Origin: Eledone cirrhosa
Lineage: Eukaryota
Reading direction: 5' to 3'
NCBI GenBank assembly: GCA_964016885.1
Contig: OZ024758.1
Location: 34,100,001 to 34,164,000 of the forward strand
Length of the DNA: 64,000 bases
Shown: positions 54,061-64,000 of the stretch, piece after piece
Layout of the letters: each line of letters opens with the position of its first letter
Position numbering within the stretch: position 1 is the first letter of the stretch
Notes under the pieces: model-generated
Seen by the model: only the letters and a program-made list of their open reading frames with translations
What the model was told of the DNA's origin: nothing
The model's database searches: none
Made by a program: the position numbers and the translations under genes

Positions 54061-56299
54061 AGTAACTCCACTGTTGGTGAGAATTCATTTAAGTTCATGT
54101 TATTAGCTGTCAGAAGGAACGCCACTGTTGGTGCGAATTCATTTAAGTTCATGGTATTAGCTGTCAGAAGTAACTCCACTGTTGGTGAGAATTCATTTAA
54201 GTCTTGGTATTAGTTGTCAGAAGTAACTCCAATGTTGGTGAGAATTCATTTAAGTTCATGGTACTAGCTGTCAGAAGTAACTCCACTGTTGTTGAGAATT
54301 CATTTAAGTTCATGGTATTAGCTGTCAGAAGTAACTCCACTGTTGGTGAGAATTCATTTAAGTCATGGTATTAGCTCTCAGAAGTAACTCCATTGTTGGT
54401 GAGAATTCATTTAAGTCATGGTACTAGCTGTCAGAAGTAACTCCAATGTTGATGAGAATTCATTTAAGTTCATGGTATTAGCTGTCAGAAGTAACTCCAC
54501 TGTTGGTGAGAATTCATTTAAGTTCATGGTATTAGCTGTCAGAAGTAACTCCACTGTTGGTGAGAATTCATTTAAGTTCATGGTACTAGCTGTCAGAAGT
54601 AACTCCACTGTTGGTGAGAATTCATTTAAGTTCATGGTATTAGTTTGTCAGAAGTAACTCCACTGTTGGTGAGAATTCATTTAAGTCATGGTATTAGTTG
54701 TCAGAAGTAACTCCAATGTTGCTGAGAATTCATTTAAGTTCATGGTACTAGCTGTCAGAAGTAACTCCACTGTTGGTGAGAATTCATTTAAGTTCATGGT
54801 ACTAGCTGTCAGAAGTAACTCCACTGTTGGTGAGAATTCATTTAAGTTCATGGTATTAGTTTGTCAGAAGTAACTCCACTGTTGGTGAGAATTCATTTAA
54901 GTCATGGTATTAGTTGTCACAAGTAACTCCAATGTTGGTGAGAATTCATTTAAGTCATGGTACTAGCTGTCAGAAGTAACTCCAATGTTGGTGAGAATTC
55001 ATTTACGTTCATGGTATTAGCTCTCAGAAGTAACTCCACTGTTGGTGAGAATGCATTTAAGTTCATGGTATTAGCTGTCAGAAGTAACTCCACTGTTGGT
55101 GAGAATTCATTTAAGTTCATGGTATTAGCTGTCAGAAGTAACTCCACTGTTGGTGAGAATTCATTTAAGTTCATGGTATTAACTGTCAGAAGGAACTCCA
55201 ATGTTGGTGAGAATTCATTTAAGTCATGGTACTAGCTGTCAGAAGTAACTCCACTGTTGGTGAGAATTCATTTAAGTTCATGGTATTAGCTGTCAGAAGT
55301 AACTCCACTGTTGGTGAGAATTCATTTAAGTTCATGGTACTAGCTGTCAGAAGTAACTCCACTGTTGGTGAGAATTCATTTAAGTTCATGGTACTAGCTG
55401 TCAGAAGTAACTCCACTGTTGGTGAGAATTCATTTAAGTTCATGGTACTAGCTGTCAGAAGTAACTCCAATGTTGGTGAGAATTCATTTAAGTTCATGGT
55501 ATTAGCTGTCAGAAGTAACTCCACTGTTGGTGAGAATTCATTTAAGTTCATGGTACTAGCTGTCAGAAGTAACTCCACTGTTGGTGAGAATTCATTTAAG
55601 GTCATGGTATTAGCTGTCAGAAGTCACTCCAATGTTGGTGAGAATTCATTTAAGTTCGTGGTATTAGCTGTCAGAAGTAACTCCACTGTTGGTGAGAATT
55701 CATTTAAGTTCATGGTATTAGCTGTCAGAAGTAACTCCACTGTTGGTGAGAATTCATTTAAGTTCATGGTATTAGCTGTCAGAAGTAACTCCACTGTTGG
55801 TGAGAATTCATTTAAGTTCATGGTATTAGCTGTCAGAATGAACTCCAATGTTGGTGAGAATTCATTTAAGTCATGGTACTAGCTGTCAGAAGTAACTCCA
55901 CTGTTGGTGAGAATTCATTTAAGTTCATGGTACTAGCTGTCAGAAGTAACTCCAATGTTGGTGAGAATTCATTTAAGTTCATGGTATTAGCTGTCAGAAG
56001 GAACTCCACTGTTGGTGAGAATTCATTTAAGTTCATGGTATTAGCTGTCAGAAGTAAGTCCACTGTTGGTGAGAATTCATTTAAGTTCATGGTACTAGTT
56101 GTCAGAAGTAACTCCACTGTTGGTAAGAATTCATTTTAGTTCATGGTATTAGTTGTCAGAAGTAACTCCACTGTTGGTGAGAATTCATTTAAGTCTTGGT
56201 ATTAGTTGTCAGAAGTAACTCCAATGCTGGTGAGAATTCATTTAAGTTCATGGTACTAGCTGTCAGAAGTAACTCCACTGTTGGTGAGAATTCATTTAA

Positions 56300-59200
56300 G
56301 TTCATGGTATTAGCTGTCAGAAGTAACTCCACTGTTGGTGAGAATTCATTTAAGTCATGGTATTAGCTGTCAGAAGTAACTCCATTGTTGGTGAGAATTC
56401 ATTTAAGTCATGGTACTAGCTGTCAGAAGTAACTCCAATGTTGATGAGGATTCATTTAAGTTCATGGTATTAGCTGTCAGAAGTAACTCCACTGTTGGTG
56501 AGAATTCATTTAAGTTCATGGTATTAGCTGTCAGAAGTAACTCCATTGTTGGTGAGAATTCATTTAAGTCATGGTACTAGCTGTCAGAAGTAACTCCACT
56601 GTTGGTGAGAATTCATTTAAGTTCATGGTACTAGCTGTCAGAAGTAACTCCACTGTTGGTGAGAATTCATTTAAGTTCATGGTACTAGCTGTCAGAAGTA
56701 ACTCCACTGTTGGTGAGAATTCATTTAAGTTCATGGTACTAGCTGTCAGAAGTAACTCCACTGTTGGTGAGAATTCATTTAAGTTCATGGTATTAGTTTG
56801 TCAGAAGTAACTCCACTGTTGGTGAGAATTCATTTAAGTCATGGTATTAGTTGTCACAAGTAACTCCAATGTTGGTGAGAATTCATTTAAGTCATGGTAC
56901 TAGCTGTCAGAAGTAACTCCAATGTTGGTGAGAATTCATTTACCTTCATGGTATTAGCTCTCAGAAGTAACTCCACTGTTGGTGAGAATGCATTTAAGTT
57001 CATGGTATTCGCTGTCAGAAGTAACTCCACTGTTGGTGAGAATTCATTTAAGTTCATGGTATTAGCTGTCAGAAGTAACTCCACTGTTGGTGAGAATTCA
57101 TTTAAGTTCATGGTATTAGCTGTCAGAAGGAACTCCAATGTTGGTGAGAATTCATTTAAGTTCATGGTACTAGCTGTCAGAAGTAACTCCACTGTTGGTG
57201 AGAATTCATTTAAGTTCATGGTACTAGCTGTCAGAAGTAACTCCAATGTTGGTGAGAATTCATTTAAGTTCATGGTATTAGCTGTCAGAAGGAACTCCAC
57301 TGTTGGTGAGAATTCATTTAAGTTCATGGTATTAGCTGTCAGAAGTAAGTCCACTGTTGGTGAGAATTCATTTAAGTTCATGGTACTAGTTGTCAGAAGT
57401 AACTCCACTGTTGGTAAGAATTCATTTTAGTTCATGGTATTAGTTGTCAGAAGTACCTCCACTGTTGGTGAGAATTCATTTAAGTCTTGGTATTAGTTGT
57501 CAGAAGTAACTCCAATGCTGGTGAGAATTCATTTAAGTTCATGGTACTAGCTGTCAGAAGTAACTCCACTGTTGGTGAGAATTCATTTAAGTTCATGGTA
57601 TTAGCTGTCAGAAGTAACTCCACTGTTGGTGAGAATTCATTTAAGTCATGGTATTAGCTGTCAGAAGTAACTCCATTGTTGGTGAGAATTCATTTAAGTC
57701 ATGGTACTAGCTGTCAGAAGTAACTCCAATGTTGATGAGAATTCATTTAAGTTCATGGTATTAGCTGTCAGAAGTAACTCCACTGTTGGTGAGAATTCAT
57801 TTAAGTTCATGGTATTAGCTGTCAGATGTAACTCCACTGTTGGTGAGAATTCATTTAAGTTCATGGTACTAGCTGTCAGAAGTAACTCCACTGTTGGTGA
57901 GAATTCATTTAAGTTCATGGTATTAGTTTGTCAGAAGTAACTCCACTGTTGGTGAGAATTCATTTAAGTCATGGTATTAGTTGTCAGAAGTAACTCCAAT
58001 GTTGCTGAGAATTCATTTAAGTTCATGGTATTAGCTGTCAGAAGTAACTCCAATGTTGGTGAGAATTCATTTAAGTTCATGGTATTAGCTGTCAGAAGTA
58101 ACTCCACTGTTGGTGAGAATTCATTTAAGTCATGGTATTAGCTGTCAGAAGTAACTCCATTGTTGGTGAGAATTCATTTAAGTCATGGTACTAGCTGTCA
58201 GAAGTAACTCCACTGTTGGTGAGAATTCATTTAAGTTCATGGTACTAGCTGTCAGAAGTAACTCCACTGTTGGTGAGAATTCATTTAAGTTCATGGTACT
58301 AGCTGTCAGAAGTAACTCCACTGTTGGTGAGAATTCATTTAAGTTCATGGTACTAGCTGTCAGAAGTAACTCCACTGTTGGTGAGAATTCATTTAAGTTC
58401 AAGGTATTAGTTTGTCAGAAGTAACTCCACTGTTGGTGAGAATTCATTTAAGTCATGGTATTAGTTGTCAGAAGTAACTCCAATGTTGGTGAGAATTCAT
58501 TTAAGTCATGGTACTAGCTGTCAGAAGTAACTCCAATGTTGGTGAGAATTCATTTACGTTCATGGTATTAGCTCTCAGAAGTAACTCCACTGTTGGTGAG
58601 AATTCATTTAAGTTCATGGTATTAGCTGTCAGAAGTAACTCCACTGTTGGTGAGAATTCATTTAAGTTCATGGTATTAGCTGTCAGAAGTAACTCCACTG
58701 TTGGTGAGAATTCATTTAAGTTCATGGTATTAGCTGTCAGAAGGAACTCCAATGTTGGTGAGAATTCATTTAAGTCATGGTACTAGCTGTCAGAAGTAAC
58801 TCCACTGTTGGTGAGAATTCATTTAAGTTCATGTTATTAGCTGTCAGAAGGAACGCCACTGTTGGTGAGAATTCATTTAAGTTCATGGTATTAGCTGTCA
58901 GAAGTAACTCCACTGTTGGTGAGAATTCATTTAAGTCTTGGTATTAGTTGTCAGAAGTAACTCCAATGTTGGTGAGAATTCGTTTAAGTTCATGGTATTA
59001 GCTGTCAGAAGTAACTCCACTGTTGGTGAGAATTCATTTAAGTCATGGTATTAGCTGTCAGAAGTAACTCCATTGTTGGTGAGAATTCATTTAAGTCATG
59101 GTACTAGCTGTCAGAAGTAACTCCAATGTTGATGAGAATTCATTTAAGTTCATGGTATTAGCTGTCAGAAGTAACTCCACTGTTGGTGAGAATTCATTTT

Positions 59201-62100
59201 AGTTCATGGTATTAGCTGTCAGAAGTAACTCCATTGTTGGTGAGAATTCATTTAAGTCATGGTACTAGCTGTCAGAAGTAACTCCACTGTTGGTGAGAAT
59301 TCATTTAAGTTCATGGTACTAGCTGTCAGAAGTAACTCCACTGTTGGTGAGAATTCATTTAAGTTCATGGTACTAGCTGTCAGAAGTAACTCCACTGTTG
59401 GTGAGAATTCATTTAAGTTCATGGTACTAGCTGTCAGAAGTAACTCCACTGTTGGTGAGAATTCATTTAAGTTCATGGTATTAGTTTGTCAGAAGTAACT
59501 CCACTGTTGGTGAGAATTCATTTAAGTCATGGTATTAGTTGTCACAAGTAACTCCAATGTTGGTGAGAATTCATTTAAGTCATGGTACTAGCTGTCAGAA
59601 GTAACTCCAATGTTGGTGAGAATTCATTTACCTTCATGGTATTAGCTCTCAGAAGTAACTCCACTGTTGGTGAGAATGCATTTAAGTTCATGGTATTCGC
59701 TGTCAGAAGTAACTCCACTGTTGGTGAGAATTCATTTAAGTTCATGGTATTAGCTGTCAGAAGTAACTCCACTGTTGGTGAGAATTCATTTAAGTTCATG
59801 GTATTAGCTGTCAGAAGGAACTCCAATGTTGGTGAGAATTCATTTAAGTTCATGGTACTAGCTGTCAGAAGTAACTCCACTGTTGGTGAGAATTCATTTA
59901 AGTTCATGGTACTAGCTGTCAGAAGTAACTCCACTGTTGGTGAGAATTCATTTAAGTTCATGGTATTAGCTGTCAGAAGTCACTCCAATGTTGGTGAGAA
60001 TTCATTTAAGTTCGTGGTATTAGCTGTCAGAAGTAACTCCACTGTTGGTGAGAATTCATTTAAGTTCATGGTATTAGCTGTCAGAAGTAACTCCACTGTT
60101 GGTGAGAATTCATTTAAGTTCATGGTATTAGCTGTCAGAAGTAACTCCACTGTTGGTGAGTATACATTTAAGTTCATGGTATTAGCTGTCAGAAGGAACT
60201 CCAATGTTGGTGAGAATTCATTTAAGTCATGGCACTAGCTGTCAGAAGTAACTCCACTGTTGGTGAGAATTCATTTAAGTTCATGGTACTAGCTGTCAGA
60301 AGTAACTCCAATGTTGGTGAGAATTCATTTAAGTTCATGGTATTAGCTGTCAGAAGGAACTCCACTGTTGGTGAGAATTCATTTAAGTTCATGGTATTAG
60401 CTGTCAGAAGTAAGTCCACTGTTGGTGAGAATTCATTTAAGTTCATGGTACTAGTTGTCAGAAGTAACTCCACTGTTGGTAAGAATTCATTTTAGTTCAT
60501 GGTATTAGTTGTCAGAAGTACCTCCACTGTTGGTGAGAATTCATTTAAGTCTTGGTATTAGTTGTCAGAAGTAACTCCAATGCTGGTGAGAATTCATTTA
60601 AGTTCATGGTACTAGCTGTCAGAAGTAACTCCACTGTTGGTGAGAATTCATTTAAGTTCATGGTATTAGCTGTCAGAAGTAACTCCACTGTTGGTGAGAA
60701 TTCATTTAAGTCATGGTATTAGCTGTCAGAAGTAACTCCATTGTTGGTGAGAATTCATTTAAGTCATGGTACTAGCTGTCAGAAGTAACTCCAATGTTGA
60801 TGAGAATTCATTTAAGTTCATGGTATTAGCTGTCAGAAGTAACTCCACTGTTGGTGAGAATTCATTTAAGTTCATGGTATTAGCTGTCAGAAGTAACTCC
60901 ACTGTTGGTGAGAATTCATTTAAGTTCATGGTACTAGCTGTCAGAAGTAACTCCACTGTTGGTGAGAATTCATTTAAGTTCATGGTATTAGTTTGTCAGA
61001 AGTAACTCCACTGTTGGTGAGAATTCATTTAAGTCATGGTATTAGTTGTCAGAAGTAACTCCAATGTTGCTGAGAATTCATTTAAGTTCATGGTATTAGC
61101 TGTCAGAAGTAACTCCAATGTTGGTGAGAATTCATTTAAGTTCATGGTATTAGCTGTCAGAAGTAACTCCACTGTTGGTGAGAATTCATTTAAGTCATGG
61201 TATTAGCTGTCAGAAGTAACTCCATTGTTGGTGAGAATTCATTTAAGTCATGGTACTAGCTGTCAGAAGTAACTCCACTGTTGGTGAGAATTCATTTAAG
61301 TTCATGGTACTAGCTGTCAGAAGTAACTCCACTGTTGGTGAGAATTCATTTAAGTTCATGGTACTAGCTGTCAGAAGTAACTCCACTGTTGGTGAGAATT
61401 CATTTAAGTTCAAGGTATTAGTTTGTCAGAAGTAACTCCACTGTTGGTGAGAATTCATTTAAGTCATGGTATTAGTTGTCAGAAGTAACTCCAATGTTGG
61501 TGAGAATTCATTTAAGTCATGGTACTAGCTGTCAGAAGTAACTCCAATGTTGGTGAGAATTCATTTACGTTCATGGTATTAGCTCTCAGAAGTAACTCCA
61601 CTGTTGGTGAGAATTCATTTAAGTTCATGGTATTAGCTGTCAGAAGTAACTCCACTGTTGGTGAGAATTCATTTAAGTTCATGGTATTAGCTGTCAGAAG
61701 TAACTCCACTGTTGGTGAGAATTCATTTAAGTTCATGGTATTAGCTGTCAGAAGGAACTCCAATGTTGGTGAGAATTCATTTAAGTCATGGTACTAGCTG
61801 TCAGAAGTAACTCCACTGTTGGTGAGAATTCATTTAAGTTCATGTTATTAGCTGTCAGAAGGAACGCCACTGTTGGTGAGAATTCATTTAAGTTCATGGT
61901 ATTAGCTGTCAGAAGTAACTCCACTGTTGGTGAGAATTCATTTAAGTCTTGGTATTAGTTGTCAGAAGTAACTCCAATGTTGGTGAGAATTCGTTTAAGT
62001 TCATGGTACTAGCTGTCAGAAGTAACTCCACTGTTGGTGAGAATTCATTTAAGTTCATGGTATTAGCTGTCAGAAGTAACTCCACTGTTGGTGAGAATTC
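56300..62100. repeat. ~2.7-3.1-kb tandem duplication with later whole-monomer gains or losses
   Basis: Private markers TTTACCTTC and TATTCGCT (offset 2,688), GTACCTCC (offset 3,065), ATTCGTTT (offset 3,011). Confidence 0.85.
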
Positions 62101-64000
62101 ATTTAAGTCATGGTATTAGCTCTCAGAAGTAACTCCATTGTTGGTGAGAATTCATTTAAGTCATGGTACTAGCTGTCAGAAGTAACTCCAATGTTGATGA
62201 GAATTCATTTAAGTTCATGGTATTAGCTGTCAGAAGTAACTCCACTGTTGGTGAGAATTCATTTAAGTTCATGGTATTAGCTGTCAGAAGTAACTCCACT
62301 GTTGGTGAGAATTCATTTAAGTTCATGGTACTAGCTGTCAGAAGTAACTCCACTGTTGGTGAGAATTCATTTAAGTTCATGGTATTAGTTTGTCAGAAGT
62401 AACTCCACTGTTGGTGAGAATTCATTTAAGTCATGGTATTAGTTGTCAGAAGTAACTCCAATGTTGCTGAGAATTCATTTAAGTTCATGGTATTAGCTGT
62501 CAGAAGTAACTCCACTGTTGGTGAGAATTCATTTAAGTTCATGGTATTAGCTGTCAGAAGTAACTCCACTGTTGGTGAGAATTCATTTAAGTCATGGTAT
62601 TAGCTGTCAGAAGTAACTCCATTGTTGGTGAGAATTCATTTAAGTCATGGTATTAGTTGTCAGAAGTAACTCCAATGTTGGTGAGAATTCATTTAAGTCA
62701 TGGTACTAGCTGTCAGAAGTAACTCCAATGTTGGTGAGAATTCATTTAAGTTCATGGTATTAGCTGTCAGAAGTAACTCCACTGTTGGTGAGAATTCATT
62801 TAAGTTCATGGTATTAGCTGTCAGAAGTAACTCCACTGTTGGTGAGAATTCATTTAAGTTCATGGTACTAGCTGTCAGAAGTAACTCCACTGTTGGTGAG
62901 AATTCATTTAAGTTCATGGTATTAGCTGTCAGAAGTAACTCCAATGTTGGTGAGAATTCATTTAAGTTCATGGTATTAGCTGTCAGAAGTAACTCCACTG
63001 TTGGTGAGAATTCATTTAAGTTCATGGTATTAGCTGTCAGAAGTAACTCCACTGTTGGTGAGAATTCATTTAAGTTCATGGTACTAGCTGTCAGAAGTAA
63101 CTCCACTGTTGGTGAGAATTCATTTAAGTTCATGGTATTAGTTTGTCAGAAGTAACTCCACTGTTGGTGAGAATTCATTTAAGTCATGGTATTAGTTGTC
63201 AGAAGTAACTCCACTGTTGGTGAGAATTCATTTAAGTCATGGTATTAGTTGTCAGAAGTAACTCCAATGTTGGTGAGAATTCATTTAAGTTCATGGTATT
63301 AGCTGTCAGAAGTAACTCCACTGTTGGTGAGAATTCATTTAAGTTCATGGTACTAGCTGTCAGAAGTAACTCCACTGTTGGTGAGAATTCATTTAAGTTC
63401 ATGGTATTAGCTGTCAGAAATAACTCCAATGTTGGTGAGAATTCATTTAAGTTCATGGTATTAGCTGTCAGAAGTAACTCCACTGTTGGTGAGAGTTCAT
63501 TTAAGTTCATGGTATTAGCTGTCAGAAGTAACTCCACTGTTGGTGAGAATTCATTTAAGTTCATGGTACTAGCTGTCAGAAGTAACTCCACTGTTGGTGA
63601 GAATTCATTTAAGTTCATGGTATTAGTTTGTCAGAAGTAACTCCACTGTTGGTGAGAATTCATTTAAGTCATGGTATTAGTTGTCAGAAGTAACTCCAAT
63701 GTTGGTGAGAATTCATTTAAGTCATGGTACTAGCTGTCAGAAGTAACTCCAATGTTGGTGAGAATTCATTTAAGTTCATGGTATTAGCTGTCAGAAGTAA
63801 CTCCACTGTTGGTGAGAATTCATTTAAGTTCATGGTATTAGCTGTCAGAAGTAACTCCACTGTTGGTGAGAATTCATTTAAGTTCATGGTACTGGGCTGT
63901 CAGAAGTAACTCCACTGTTGGTGAGAATTCATTTAAGTTCATGGTATTAGCTGTCAGAAGTAACTCCAATGTTGGTCAGAATTCATTTAAGTCATGGTAC

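Larger units (their letters stand above)
1..64000. repeat. 54-bp tandem satellite DNA array (EcoRI-site monomer), ~1,190 copies, running off both window ends
   Basis: GAATTC recurs every 53-55 bp throughout. Consensus GAATTCATTTAAGTTCATGGTA(T/C)TAGCTGTCAGAAGTAACTCCA(C/A/T)TGTTGGTGA. Monomers differ by about 0-4 positions, with no intervening unique DNA and no inversion. Copy number estimated as 64000/~53.8. Confidence 0.99.

Noticed and set aside
90-63618. Minus-strand ORFs encoding (MNLNEFSPTVELLLTANT)n, superficially leucine-rich-repeat-like
   Set aside because: Antisense mirror of the same monomer, broken by the same indels, with no proper LxxLxLxxN pattern.
16-63909. Hundreds of + strand ORFs encoding (MVLAVRSNSTVGENSFKF)n, up to 308 aa (16271-17197)
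   Set aside because: 54 bp is 18 codons, so one stop-free frame is expected by chance. The frame is broken every few monomers by amplified 1-bp indels, variants are mostly non-synonymous, and there are no unique termini or domains.
1-64000. CRISPR array or other repeat-spacer system
   Set aside because: There are no unique spacers: the whole 54 bp is repeated. No leader or cas genes.
1-64000. Phase-variation, antigenic-variation cassette or diversity-generating system suggested by the combinatorial variants
   Set aside because: No expression site, recombinase or reverse transcriptase. The variant patterns are fully explained by descent through tandem duplication.
1-64000. Synthetic concatemer or rolling-circle sequencing artefact (EcoRI site in each unit)
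   Set aside because: Hierarchical, heritable variant patterns with nested duplications of different ages fit natural evolution. Exact copy numbers of the youngest duplications still need read validation.
1-64000. Embedded transposon, inversion, telomeric repeat, tRNA/5S/snRNA tandem genes or CENP-B box
   Set aside because: No non-monomer sequence or strand switch seen on reading through. The monomer lacks telomeric motifs, recognisable RNA-gene structure and the CpG-containing CENP-B box (TTCG....A..CGGG).
1-64000. Assignment to a named satellite family or organism
   Set aside because: I do not recognise the sequence with confidence, and monomer length alone is not diagnostic. A database search is required.

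Overview
The whole 64-kb window is one uninterrupted head-to-tail satellite DNA array. It holds about 1,190 copies of a 54-bp AT-rich monomer (~37-39% GC), consensus GAATTCATTTAAGTTCATGGTAYTAGCTGTCAGAAGTAACTCCAHTGTTGGTGA, which carries an EcoRI site and no CpG. All copies are in one orientation, and I see no unique sequence, transposon, gene, RNA gene or CRISPR spacer. The listed ORFs are by-products of an 18-codon monomer that lacks stops in one frame per strand, and recurrent 1-bp indels break them every few monomers. The informative structure lies in the variants: linked variant monomers recur in a conserved order (an irregular higher-order repeat of roughly 1.1-3.4 kb with two alternative branches), overlaid by nested in-register tandem duplications of 215 bp to ~13-18 kb whose relative order can partly be reconstructed. 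This looks like eukaryotic centromeric or heterochromatic satellite, but I cannot name the family or organism, and I found no evidence of a new protein-coding system. All offsets were read by eye from variant positions and ORF-track coordinates.
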